Source of the DNA: Thermoanaerobaculia bacterium
GTDB taxonomy: Bacteria > Acidobacteriota > Thermoanaerobaculia > Multivoradales > JAGPDF01
DNA: 64,000 nt
Direction: 5' to 3'
NCBI GenBank assembly: GCA_039932315.1
Contig: JBDTQG010000001.1
Span: 10,232 to 74,231, forward strand
In this document: positions 25,290-34,647 of the stretch, piece by piece
Layout: every line of letters begins with the position of its first letter
How positions within the stretch are numbered: position 1 is the stretch's first letter
Notes under the pieces: generated by a model
Databases searched by the model: none
The model's input: only the letters and a program-made list of their open reading frames with translations
What the model was told of the DNA's origin: nothing
Made by a program: the position numbers and the translations under genes

Positions 25290-28067
25290 ATGGCCCTCTC
25301 CGAGTCCCCCACCGCGCTTCGCGCGCGCCACTTCGCCGAGCTCTGCGAGCTCGAGGAGCCGGCGCGGCGCCTGGCGCTCGCCCGGCTCGCAGAGCAGGAT
25401 GCGCAGCTCGCCTCCGATGTCGCCCGGATGCTCGCCTTCGACCGCGAATCGATCGGACCGATAGAGGGCCTGCGCGACGAGGTTGCCGCGGCCGCCGAGA
25501 GGCAGCTGCTCAGCGATCTCCCCGGCGAGCCCCCGCCGCCCGAGCGCCTGGGCCCGTGGCGGCTCGGCGAGAAGCTCGGCGCCGGGGGGATGGGCGAGGT
25601 TTGGGCCGCCGAACGCGTCGAGGGTGGATTCGAACAGCGCGCGGCGGTGAAGCTCGTGCGGGCGAACATGGCGCGGAGCGAAGTCGTCGCCCGGTTCGCC
25701 ATCGAACGCCAGCTCCTCGCGCGCCTCGATCATCCGGCGATCGCCAAACTGCTCGATGGTGGCGTCGCGCTCGACGGGCGACCGTGGTTCGCCATGGAGC
25801 GCGTCGATGGAGTGCCCATCACCCGTTTCGCCGCCGACGGCGACCTCGATCTGCGGGCGCGGATTCGCCTCCTTCTGGCGGTGATGGAAGCGGTCGATTT
25901 CGCGCATCGATCGCTTGTAGTCCATCGTGACCTCAAGCCTTCGAACATTCTCGTCACCTCGGCTGGCGCACCGAAGCTCCTCGACTTCGGGCTGGCGAAG
26001 CTGCTCGAGCCCGGATTCGAATCGGGAGTGGATCCGAACGTGACGCGGACCGAATTCCGTGCGCTGACACCGGCCTATGCCGCGCCCGAGCAGATTCTCG
26101 GTGAGCCGGTCACCACGGCGACCGACGTCTATTCGCTCGGCATGATCCTCTACGAGCTGCTGACCGGTGAGCTGCCGCATCGGCGTCGCAGCAGCTCCGC
26201 GCCGACGCTGGTGTCTGATGTCGCCGACGAAACCATCGAACGCCCGTCGCTGCGTCTGCGTCGCCTGGGAGCTGACGCGAACGCCACCTCGCATGCACCG
26301 CGGCCGGGTCGCTCTCCCATCGATGCCGATCTCGACACGATCGTTCTCAAGGCGCTGGCGCGCGAGCCGAAGCGCCGCTACGCTTCCGTGCCGGCGTTCG
26401 CTGCCGATCTCCATGCCTACCTGGAGGAGCGGCCGATCGCGGCGCGCCCCGATTCCGTCCGCTACCGGACCGGCAAGTTCGTCCTGCGCCATCGCCTTGG
26501 AGTGGCCGCGGCGGCGGTCGCGCTGCTCTCTCTCGTGGCGGGCCTCAGTGTGTCGATCGTGCAGACCCGGCGAGCGACTGCGGCGGCCGAAGCGGCGCGC
26601 CAGGAAGCGCAACGGGCCGAGCGCGTCAAGGGATTTCTGGTCTCCGTCTTCGAGCAAGCCGACCCGACGCGCACCAAGGGGGCCGAGATGCCCGCGCGTC
26701 AGATTCTGGAAGAAGGCGCGCGGCGGCTCACGACCGGGCTCGCCGACGAACCCGAGGTGCGCGCAGAGCTCTTCGACACGGTGGCAGGCATTCAGTCGAG
26801 CCTTGGACTCCTGGACGAAGCGCTCACCAGTGCAGGAACCGCGGTTGCGGAGCGCGCCCGCCTCTTCGGACCCCATTCCCGGGAGCACGCGAGGAGCCTG
26901 ACGACTCTCGGGGTCGCGCTGGTCCGGCGCGGTCGAGTGCAGGATGCACAAACGCATCTCACTCAGGCGCTGGCGGATTTCGCGGCGAGCGGCGAAGAGG
27001 GCTCGGTCGATTTCGCGCGCGCACTCTCGGCCAACGCGCAGGTGAAGTTCATCGGCAATGACATCGCTGGCGCGCGCGGTGACGAAAAGCGCGCCGTCGC
27101 CATCTTCACGACGGTACTCGGCGGCGACGACTCCGAGACCCTCGAACATCTGTCGAATCTCGCCGTCCTCGAAACGGAAGCCGGCAGTTTCGGCGAAGCC
27201 GCGCGGATTCTGCGCGGCGTTCTCGCGCGGTTCGAGGCCATCGAGGGTCCGGACTCGGCACAGGCGCTCGCCGTCGTCGTCAGTCTCGCGACCGCGCTCG
27301 ATACCGATGGACAATCGGCGGAAGCGCTGCCGCTCTTCGAGCGCGCCGTTGCGGGCATGCGGAAGGTGTACGGCCCCGGTCATCCGACTCTGGCGGAAGC
27401 GCTGGTGATCACCAGCCTGCGTCTGTCGCGTGCGGGAAGACAGGAAGAAGCTCTGGCCGATCTCGCCGAGGCGCGCGCGACCTACGCTCCGCTCGATCAT
27501 CCGGAGCTCGCCGCGGTGGACAACTACTCCGGTCTCGCGCTCGCGGATCTCGGGCGGTTCGCGGAAGCCGAAGCCGCGTTTCTTCGCGCGCGGGATCGCT
27601 ACGCCAGAGATCGCGGTGCGGAGTCGACGCTGACCGCGGTGGCCCTTGCGAACGCCGCAAACGTGGTGAGCGAGCAGGGGCGTGCCATCGAAGCGGAGGA
27701 GATGTTCGAACGCGCCGTCGCCGCGCTCCGTGTGGCGGGAGAGTTCGACAATCCGCGACTCGTCCGCATGCGGTTGAACTGGGCGGGGACACTGCGCAAG
27801 CTCGGCCGAGTCGAGGCGGCTCGCGAGGTGATCGGTGAGGCACTGACCCTCGCGAACGAAAAGCTCGGGAAGGGAAATCTGCTGATCTCGGAGGCAGAGG
27901 TGGGTCTCGCCCGTCTCGAGCTCGCGGAGGGGAAGGCGGGCGCGGCGGAGCGCGCCCGCACCCACCTTTCCGCCGCGGAGGCGGGCCTCACCAACAAGGC
28001 GCCGAGTCCGTCCCTGGAGCGCAGTCTTGCCGCACTGCGCTCGGAGCTCGCGAGGTCGTCGAGCTGA
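25290..28067 (+). CDS. Ser/Thr protein kinase with a TM segment and a C-terminal TPR array (STK1)
   Basis: The ATG at 25290 lies within the 24132..28067 ORF. Kinase motifs are GAGGMGEVW, VHRDLKPSNILV, DFGLAK and APEQ. A TM helix (VAAAAVALLSLVAGLSV) is followed by a long TPR region. Confidence 0.85.
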   Translation: MALSESPTALRARHFAELCELEEPARRLALARLAEQDAQLASDVARMLAFDRESIGPIEGLRDEVAAAAERQLLSDLPGEPPPPERLGPWRLGEKLGAGGMGEVWAAERVEGGFEQRAAVKLVRANMARSEVVARFAIERQLLARLDHPAIAKLLDGGVALDGRPWFAMERVDGVPITRFAADGDLDLRARIRLLLAVMEAVDFAHRSLVVHRDLKPSNILVTSAGAPKLLDFGLAKLLEPGFESGVDPNVTRTEFRALTPAYAAPEQILGEPVTTATDVYSLGMILYELLTGELPHRRRSSSAPTLVSDVADETIERPSLRLRRLGADANATSHAPRPGRSPIDADLDTIVLKALAREPKRRYASVPAFAADLHAYLEERPIAARPDSVRYRTGKFVLRHRLGVAAAAVALLSLVAGLSVSIVQTRRATAAAEAARQEAQRAERVKGFLVSVFEQADPTRTKGAEMPARQILEEGARRLTTGLADEPEVRAELFDTVAGIQSSLGLLDEALTSAGTAVAERARLFGPHSREHARSLTTLGVALVRRGRVQDAQTHLTQALADFAASGEEGSVDFARALSANAQVKFIGNDIAGARGDEKRAVAIFTTVLGGDDSETLEHLSNLAVLETEAGSFGEAARILRGVLARFEAIEGPDSAQALAVVVSLATALDTDGQSAEALPLFERAVAGMRKVYGPGHPTLAEALVITSLRLSRAGRQEEALADLAEARATYAPLDHPELAAVDNYSGLALADLGRFAEAEAAFLRARDRYARDRGAESTLTAVALANAANVVSEQGRAIEAEEMFERAVAALRVAGEFDNPRLVRMRLNWAGTLRKLGRVEAAREVIGEALTLANEKLGKGNLLISEAEVGLARLELAEGKAGAAERARTHLSAAEAGLTNKAPSPSLERSLAALRSELARSSS

Positions 28068-28082
28068 AGGCGTGCCGCCGCG

Positions 28083-28556
28083 CTGCGGGGAGTCGGCCCA
28101 GGCCGCGATCGTTCCCTCCTCGAAGCCGTCGCCGAAGACGCGGCTGTCGACGGTGAAGAGCTGGAGGCGGCCGGCGACGACTTCGTCGGAGAGGGAGAGC
28201 GTGCCGGCACCGTCGGGATAGATCTCGAATGAGCTCACCGTGCCGCCGGATACCGGGCTGCCGTTGAGCCGGGCGTCCTGCGCGTAGCGCGGCGAGACCC
28301 CCTGCTCGCCCAGACCGCGACGGTCGTTCGCATCGTCTTCGTCGTAGATGTAGACGACGCGACCGCCGCCCGGATGAAGGCTCCACGTGCAGCCGACCGA
28401 ATACTCAGGGCCCGGAAAGGCAGCCGCATTGGTGATGCGCACGTAGTCCGGCGGAAGGGAGATCTGCGGCCCGATGGCCTCGGCGGCGATGGGCGCGACA
28501 AGCAGCAGCCAGAGTGCGATGTGCAGCCACTTCGCCGGTCGATTCGATCCGCTCAT
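28083..28556 (-). CDS. Putative small secreted protein with a DGFE-W tail; 3' end undefined because there is no in-frame stop
   Basis: The ATG at 28556 gives the signal peptide MSGSNRPAKWLHIALWLLLVAPIAAEA. Third-position GC looks coding-like by eye. The sequence ends ...RVFGDGFEEGTIAAWADSP, but the frame stays open to 25218 through the antisense of STK1. Confidence 0.4.
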
Positions 28557-28711
28557 GACCAGAAGAGGAAAAAGCGGACCGCCAGCAACAGCCGGCGCCG
28601 GACACATCGAAAGAGGCGGCTCGAGGCGACCTTGGCGAGGCTGCGGGAGGCGAGCCCAGGACGACGATCTGTCGCCATTGCGGCGGATTCGCCGTTCTCC
28701 TCAGTGGAGGA

Positions 28712-31336
28712 ATGAACCGCATGCGCCGTCCCAAGTGCCGCCCCACCGCTTTCGCGCTTCTCCCCCCCACGATCGCCGTCGCTTGCCTGTTCGCCGGAGC
28801 CCCCGCCGCGGCAACGGTCGTCTCCTGTGTCGCCAGCGTCGCCGGGCTCGAGGCGGCGCTCGCGAACGGCGTCGAGTGGAGCATTCCCGAGGACGGGCAG
28901 GAGCCGGCCGAGGCGGTCGACATTCGCGTCGTCGCCGGGACCTACACCGGCGTCGACTTCCCGGAGCAGGGGTCCCAGCGCGTGTGCAGCGATCCGCCGT
29001 TCAATCAGCATTGCGCCACCGCCTATACCTCCTTCGGAAAGCTCACCCTTTCCGGCGGCTGGAACGCCGGCTGTTCGAGCCGCTCGCTCAACGCCGGGGG
29101 AACCCGGATCGTCGCGAGCGGCCTGCAGTACATGCGACTGCTGTCGATCGGCGATCTCGCGGTCGACGGTCTGAGTTTCGAAGGCTACGAGACCGGCCTG
29201 GTGGGGGTGGAGGTCGTCACGGCGAATTCGACGCTGCGTTTCAGCAACAACCGGATTCGCAGCTGGGTGGGGGCTTTCGAAGTCGTCGGCGCCGCCGAGG
29301 CCGACGTTGAGTTCACCGGCAACCTGGTTTATGGAGTCGACCCCGGCCAGGGTCTGCCTTCGGGCGAGCGCGCGGCCGTCCGGCTCGAGGCCGGCCGCGA
29401 CGGCACGCTCAACGTCAGCCACAACACGATCGTGGACAATGCCCAGTCGGGCCTCTTTCTGGCAGCGTCGACGCACTACTCCTATGGCGTCCCCGCAGGG
29501 CTCGAGCCGGCGTACGCCGTGGTGGTGAACAATCTGATCTGGGGGCACGACGCCGCGGGCGGCGATGGCACGAGCGATGACCTTGGCAGCAATTTCGCGC
29601 CGGCGCTCCTGTACAACATCTACCTCACCTACGTCGGTCCGAACCCGACGATCGATGTCGGCAACACCCACGGCGATCCGGGCTTCGTCTCGAGCACGGT
29701 TCACGATTACCGGCTCGCCGCGGGCTCGCCGGCGGTCAATACCGGTACGACCTGGATTCCGACCGGCATTCCGTCGCTCGATCTCCTCGGCAACCCCCGG
29801 CCGATCGGCAGCGGACTCGACCGCGGCGCTTACGAGCGCCAGGGCACCGCGCTCCCCGAGGTCACCGTCACCAGCCTCGCGAACTCCGGCGCGGGCACGT
29901 TGCGCCAGGCGATCCTCGACGCGAATGCGAACTCCGATCTCACCCGGATCCTCTTCGACCTGCCGGCGGCCTGCAAGGACAACGTCATCTCGATCACCTC
30001 GTCGCTGCCCGACATCGTGAGCTCCGTGGTGATCGACGGCACTTCCCAGCCGGGCTCACACTCCAACACGCTGTCGATCGGCAACGACTCGACGATCTGC
30101 GTCGGAGTGCGCGCGTCGGGAACGGTGAGCCATGCCTTCGAGATGCCGACCGGCGGCGCCACGAGCCTGCGCGTCGAGATCCGTGGCCTCGCCATGGGCG
30201 GCTTCGCCGATGAGGCGGTCTACCTCGCCAGTGGCTCCGGGCACGTCTTGGCCGGCAACCGCTTCGGATTGGGGCCCGGTGGCGATCTCGCCGGTACGAC
30301 CTTCTTCAGCGCCAATCGAAGGAACCTCATTCTCGCCAGCGGAGCCTCGCACGCGCTGGTCGGAGGAGCTTCGCCCGCCCACCGCAACGTGTTCGCGAAT
30401 GCGACCGAAGAAGGATTGGCTCTGCTTTCCGCCGGCGGAAGCGGGGCGCCCTCGGGCGACCATCTCGTCGTCGGCAACTACATCGGAACGGGGCGTACCG
30501 GCAGTACCGGCGCCGGCAACGGCATCGGCGTCCTCGTTGCGAGCGCCGGCAACGGGCTGCGCGACAACACGATCGGCGACAGCGTCGGAGAAGGCGTTGT
30601 CCTGCGCTCGGTCGCCGCGCACGACAACCGGATCGAGTCGAACCGCATCGGCTACCGTGCCACGAACCAGATCGGCGTGCCGCTCGATCTGCCGAACGGC
30701 AGCCACGGCATCCTTGTCGATGAGGCTGCTCACGACAACCTGGTGCTCGCCAATGCGATCGCCTACAACGGCGGAGCTGGCATCCGTGTCGTTTCTGGCC
30801 AGCGCAATCGCCTGTCGGCCAACCGTCTGCAATCGAATGACGGCCTGGGAATCGACCTCGCCGAGCCCGGGGTCGATCCGATCGACAACGACGGCGGCAT
30901 TCAGGCGGCGGATCTCGCCAACCGCGGTGTGAATTTCCCGACGCTCGCGAGCGCTCTCGTCGCCGGCGGGCAGATCCGTCTCTCCGGGACCCTGACTTCG
31001 ACCAACGGCGACTACCGGATCGACGTGTACTCGAGCGCGTCGTGCGACGGCTCGGGCGGCGGACCGGCGCACGGGGAGGCCGCCCTCTTTCACGGTTCGG
31101 TCGACGTCGCGATCACCAACGCGCCGTTTCTGCAGAATGGCCAAGCAGCCTTCACGACCGAGTGGCTCTCGACCGGCTACCCCGACGCCTCCGACCGCTA
31201 CGTCGCCGCCACCGTCACCGACGACAACGGCAACACCTCCGAGCTCTCCGCCTGCGTCCCCCTCCTCTCCGCCGCCCTGTTCAGCGACGGCTTTGAAAGT
31301 GGCGGCACCGGCGCCTGGTCGGCGTCAGTGCCGTAG
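28712..31336 (+). CDS. Secreted right-handed parallel beta-helix repeat protein with a DGFE-W tail
   Basis: The 874-aa ORF has a signal peptide and an alternative ATG at 28721 with better spacing from GGAGGA. It contains many beta-helix repeats and the motifs GNPRPIGSGLDRGAYE and GAGTLRQAILDAN. The C-terminus is ALFSDGFESGGTGAWSASVP. Confidence 0.8.
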   Translation: MNRMRRPKCRPTAFALLPPTIAVACLFAGAPAAATVVSCVASVAGLEAALANGVEWSIPEDGQEPAEAVDIRVVAGTYTGVDFPEQGSQRVCSDPPFNQHCATAYTSFGKLTLSGGWNAGCSSRSLNAGGTRIVASGLQYMRLLSIGDLAVDGLSFEGYETGLVGVEVVTANSTLRFSNNRIRSWVGAFEVVGAAEADVEFTGNLVYGVDPGQGLPSGERAAVRLEAGRDGTLNVSHNTIVDNAQSGLFLAASTHYSYGVPAGLEPAYAVVVNNLIWGHDAAGGDGTSDDLGSNFAPALLYNIYLTYVGPNPTIDVGNTHGDPGFVSSTVHDYRLAAGSPAVNTGTTWIPTGIPSLDLLGNPRPIGSGLDRGAYERQGTALPEVTVTSLANSGAGTLRQAILDANANSDLTRILFDLPAACKDNVISITSSLPDIVSSVVIDGTSQPGSHSNTLSIGNDSTICVGVRASGTVSHAFEMPTGGATSLRVEIRGLAMGGFADEAVYLASGSGHVLAGNRFGLGPGGDLAGTTFFSANRRNLILASGASHALVGGASPAHRNVFANATEEGLALLSAGGSGAPSGDHLVVGNYIGTGRTGSTGAGNGIGVLVASAGNGLRDNTIGDSVGEGVVLRSVAAHDNRIESNRIGYRATNQIGVPLDLPNGSHGILVDEAAHDNLVLANAIAYNGGAGIRVVSGQRNRLSANRLQSNDGLGIDLAEPGVDPIDNDGGIQAADLANRGVNFPTLASALVAGGQIRLSGTLTSTNGDYRIDVYSSASCDGSGGGPAHGEAALFHGSVDVAITNAPFLQNGQAAFTTEWLSTGYPDASDRYVAATVTDDNGNTSELSACVPLLSAALFSDGFESGGTGAWSASVP

Positions 31337-31426
31337 GCGCGAGCCCTCGCACGACGGCCGCTTCACGCCTCACCTGCGGTCTGGCCCTGCCCCACGGATC
31401 GACGAGACCGGCGCCATCGTGCCGCC

Positions 31427-32173
31427 TCAGCCGACGAGGCCGCCGTCGACGGGGATCGCGGCGCCGGTGACGAAGGCGGCGTCTTCGGAGGCGAGGAAGA
31501 GGCAGACGCGGGCGACGTCGTCGGCGGCACCCAGCCGGCGGAGCGCCGTACGGGCGACGATCGCCTTCCTGAACTCGACCGCGGCGGCGCTGTTCATTCC
31601 CGTCTCGATGTAGCCCGGAACGACGGCGTTGACCGTGATGCCAGCCGGCCCGAGCTCGCGCGCCCAGACCCGGGTCAGGCCGAGAAGCCCGGCCTTGGCG
31701 GCGGCGTAAGCGGTCTGGCCGGGAAAACCGGCGACGGCGAGGATCGAAGAGAAGTTGACGATCCGCCCGCCCCGCCCCCCCCGGTCGGCTGCGCGCCGGC
31801 GGAGGAGCGGCAGAATCGACTGGGTGCAGTGGAGTGCGCCGGAGAGATTGACGTCGAGCACCCGGCGCCACTCTTCGGCGGTCACGTCGCCGACCGCCGG
31901 CGAGCGGGCGAGATTGATGCCGGCGTTGTTGATCAGGATGTCGACGCCCGGCACTCTTTCTCCGAGCGCCGCAGCCGCCTCCGCCACCGCGCGTGCGTCG
32001 GCGACGTCGACACATTCGAAACCTGCGACCGGATTCTCCGCCGATCCGGCATCGAGGTCCCAGACCACGACCTCGGCGCCTTCGAGGCGGAAACGTTCGA
32101 CCGTCGCGCGTCCGATACCGCGCGCGCCGCCGGTGACGACGGCGATTTTGCCGGCGAGCCGGCCCGCGGTCAT
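31427..32173 (-). CDS. SDR family oxidoreductase (FabG-like)
   Basis: These 248 codons start at MTAGRLAGKIAVVTGGARGIG and include the YAAAKAG (YxxxK) motif. The start overlaps the upstream SDR stop (ATGA). Confidence 0.85.
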   Translation of the reverse strand: MTAGRLAGKIAVVTGGARGIGRATVERFRLEGAEVVVWDLDAGSAENPVAGFECVDVADARAVAEAAAALGERVPGVDILINNAGINLARSPAVGDVTAEEWRRVLDVNLSGALHCTQSILPLLRRRAADRGGRGGRIVNFSSILAVAGFPGQTAYAAAKAGLLGLTRVWARELGPAGITVNAVVPGYIETGMNSAAAVEFRKAIVARTALRRLGAADDVARVCLFLASEDAAFVTGAAIPVDGGLVG

Positions 32174-32934
32174 GGTGTCGTCTCCGCGGGCGCAGGTCGA
32201 GGTGCGTGCGGCGGTCGCTTGCCGGGAAGAATGTCGAGCTCGGAGACGTCCGCTCCTGGCGGCAGCTCGAGCGCGAAACGGACCGTCGCTGCGACCTCTG
32301 CGGCCTCGAGCAAGGGCTCGCGTCCCGAGAGTGCGACGCCCGACGCGGCGAAGAAGCCGGTGGCGGTGAGATCGGGACAGATCAGGACGACGCGCACACC
32401 GCTGTCGCGCATCTCCTGGCGCAGGCATTCGGTGAAGCCGCGCAGGGCGAATTTCGAGGCCACGTAGGGCGTTCCCTGCGGCCAGCCGCGCTTCGACGAG
32501 ACCGAGCCGATGTTGACGATGGCGCCGTGCCCCTGCCCGGCGAGGATCGGCACGACATGTTTCGCCGCGAGGATCGCGCCGCGCACGTTGACCGCCCAGA
32601 TCCGGTCGAGGAGCGCCGCGTCGAGCTTGTGGACGAGTCCGAATCCGCCGATGCCGGCGGCATTCACCAGAATGTCGAGCCTTCCGAAAGCGCCGATAGC
32701 GCGGGCGACGAGACGTTCGATCGCCGATTCGTCGGCAACGTCGGTCAGCACGGCGATGGCCCGTCCGGGCCCTTGCGCGAGCTCCGTCGCCACCGTATCC
32801 AGCGCCGCCGCACGCCGGGCCGCGAGGATGACATGCGCTCCGGCGCCGACGAGCTCCGCGGCGATCGCCCGTCCGATTCCCGAGCTCGCGCCGGTGACAA
32901 TCGCGACCTGACCGGCGAGAGAGGACATTTGCAT
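32170..32934 (-). CDS. SDR family oxidoreductase
   Basis: The 254-aa ORF contains VTGASSGIGRAIA and YVASKFAL (YxxxK). Confidence 0.85.
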   Translation of the reverse strand: MQMSSLAGQVAIVTGASSGIGRAIAAELVGAGAHVILAARRAAALDTVATELAQGPGRAIAVLTDVADESAIERLVARAIGAFGRLDILVNAAGIGGFGLVHKLDAALLDRIWAVNVRGAILAAKHVVPILAGQGHGAIVNIGSVSSKRGWPQGTPYVASKFALRGFTECLRQEMRDSGVRVVLICPDLTATGFFAASGVALSGREPLLEAAEVAATVRFALELPPGADVSELDILPGKRPPHAPRPAPAETTP

Positions 32935-33022
32935 GCGGTGGAGTCTATGCGCCGGGGCCGGTTCGCGAGCGCAGCAGCGCGTGCATAGGATGGAGGTCGT
33001 TGCCCGAGGAGAACGCTCGCTG

Positions 33023-33634
33023 ATGACGAGAAACCAGGAACCGATTCGCTGCGCCTGGGCAGGGAGCGATCCTCTGTATCAGCGCTATCACGACACCGAG
33101 TGGGGGGTGCCGTCGTTCGACGAGCGGCATCTGTTCGAGATGCTGATTCTCGAGGGGGCGCAGGCGGGGTTGTCGTGGATCACGATCCTGCGGAAACGCG
33201 AGAACTATCGCGAGGCCTTCGACGCGTTCGATCCGGAGAAGATCGCGCGCTACGGCGCGGACAAGGTTGCCTCGCTTCTGGCGAATCCGGGGATCGTGCG
33301 CAATCGTCTCAAAGTGGCCGCGACGATCGGTAATGCGAAGGCCTATCTCGCGCTGCAGGAGGGCGGACGAACTCTCGCATCGGTCGTCTGGGAGCCGTTC
33401 GACGGCAGGTCACGCGACAACCGCATCGCCGCCCCGGGCGGCGTCGCCGGCGTTCCGACGACGAGCGTCGAATCGGATGCGCTGTCGAAGCAGCTGGCCC
33501 GGCAGGGTTTCAAATTCGTCGGCTCGACGATCCTTTACGCCTACCTCCAGGCGGTGGGATGTGTGAACGATCATCTTGCGGGCTGCTTCCGCCACGACGA
33601 GGTCGCCGGGCTCGGCGCGCGCCGGAAGCGATGA
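33023..33634 (+). CDS. tag: DNA-3-methyladenine glycosylase I
   Basis: The ATG at 33023 lies within the 32933..33634 ORF. The sequence contains RCAWAGSDPLYQRYHDTEWGVP...LILEGAQAGLSW...GCVNDH. Confidence 0.88.
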   Translation: MTRNQEPIRCAWAGSDPLYQRYHDTEWGVPSFDERHLFEMLILEGAQAGLSWITILRKRENYREAFDAFDPEKIARYGADKVASLLANPGIVRNRLKVAATIGNAKAYLALQEGGRTLASVVWEPFDGRSRDNRIAAPGGVAGVPTTSVESDALSKQLARQGFKFVGSTILYAYLQAVGCVNDHLAGCFRHDEVAGLGARRKR

Positions 33635-33650
33635 TCCTCTGAATCGCCGT

Positions 33651-34553
33651 TCAGCTCTTGGCCAGCTCTTTCCGCGCTGTAGCGATCTGCTGCGGCGCGA
33701 TCGCCGGTTCGGGGAAGGCGAGCTTCAGTCCCTCGAGCGCCGCGATGATCGTTTCGGAAACGACGTAGCGCGTGAACCACTTGTGATCGGCCGGGACGAC
33801 GTGCCAGGGCGCATGTTCGGAGGCCGTCGCACGGATCGCCTCGTCGTAGGCTTTCATGTAGTCGTCCCAGTGCCCCCGTTCGCGCACATCGGCAAGCGCG
33901 AACTTCCAGTTCTTCTCCGGCTCGTCGAGGCGGGAGAGGAAGCGCGCCTTCTGTTCGTCCCGGGAGACGTGAAGGAAGAATTTCAGGATGAGAAATCCCT
34001 GGCGTGAAAAATAGCGCTCGAACGCCGCAATGTCCCCGAGCCGCTCTTCCCAGATGCTCTTCGAGATCACACTGCCGGGAATGCGCTGACCGGCGAGGAT
34101 CTCCGGGTGAACGCGGACAATGAGGACCTCTTCGTAGTAGGAGCGATTGAAGACACCGATGCGTCCGCGCTCGGGCAGCGATCGCGACGTGCGCCAGAGG
34201 AAGTCGTGGTCGAGCTCCTCGGATGACGGCTGCTTGAACGAGAAGACCTGAAAGCCGAGCGGATTGACGCCGGAGAATACGTAGTCGATCGCCCCGTCCT
34301 TGCCTGCGGCGTCCATCGCCTGGAAGATCACCAGCACCCCCTGGCGGTCCTCGGCGTAGAGCCTCTCCTGCAGGCCCGCCAGGCGTTCGATTCCGCTGGC
34401 GTGTGCAGCTTTCGCGAAATCCTTGTCGACACCGGCGGTGTCGCCCGGATCGATGTCGTTCAGATGGAATCGCTTCCCTTCGGTGACGCGGAAGCGCGCC
34501 AGCAGCTTTTCGAGATCCCGGCTCTTCGACGACGCGCTCTTCTTCTGGCCCAT
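33651..34553 (-). CDS. Polyphosphate kinase 2 (PPK2) family protein
   Basis: The ATG at 34553 (MGQKKS) lies within the 33651..34757 ORF. The sequence contains VIFQAMDAAGKDG, FNRSYYEEV and PWHVVPADHKW. Confidence 0.88.
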   Translation of the reverse strand: MGQKKSASSKSRDLEKLLARFRVTEGKRFHLNDIDPGDTAGVDKDFAKAAHASGIERLAGLQERLYAEDRQGVLVIFQAMDAAGKDGAIDYVFSGVNPLGFQVFSFKQPSSEELDHDFLWRTSRSLPERGRIGVFNRSYYEEVLIVRVHPEILAGQRIPGSVISKSIWEERLGDIAAFERYFSRQGFLILKFFLHVSRDEQKARFLSRLDEPEKNWKFALADVRERGHWDDYMKAYDEAIRATASEHAPWHVVPADHKWFTRYVVSETIIAALEGLKLAFPEPAIAPQQIATARKELAKS

Positions 34554-34614
34554 GGGAGGGATGTTACGGCAGGCGATAGACTTTGCCGCACGAGTGAAGC
34601 CAGAAAGCGGTATT

Positions 34615-34647
34615 GAATGCCTGCGGAATGCCTGCGGAATGCCTGCA
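34615..34647 (+). repeat. Three tandem copies of an 11-bp unit (gaatgcctgcg), each carrying an ATG
   Basis: The copies lie at 34615-34625, 34626-34636 and 34637-34647; the last base of the third copy differs. The ATGs lie at 34617, 34628 and 34639, one in each of the three frames. Confidence 0.95.

Noticed and set aside
25218-28082. Part of the very long minus-strand ORF (1129 aa, 25218..28607) that runs antisense to STK1
   Set aside because: It runs codon-for-codon antisense to a kinase gene with unambiguous motifs. The translation is Arg/Gly/Pro/Glu-rich and low in complexity, with no motifs. Such frames stay open in GC-rich genes because antisense stops need the rare sense codons TTA, CTA or TCA. 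Only the 5' ~470 nt (28083-28556) look genuinely coding.
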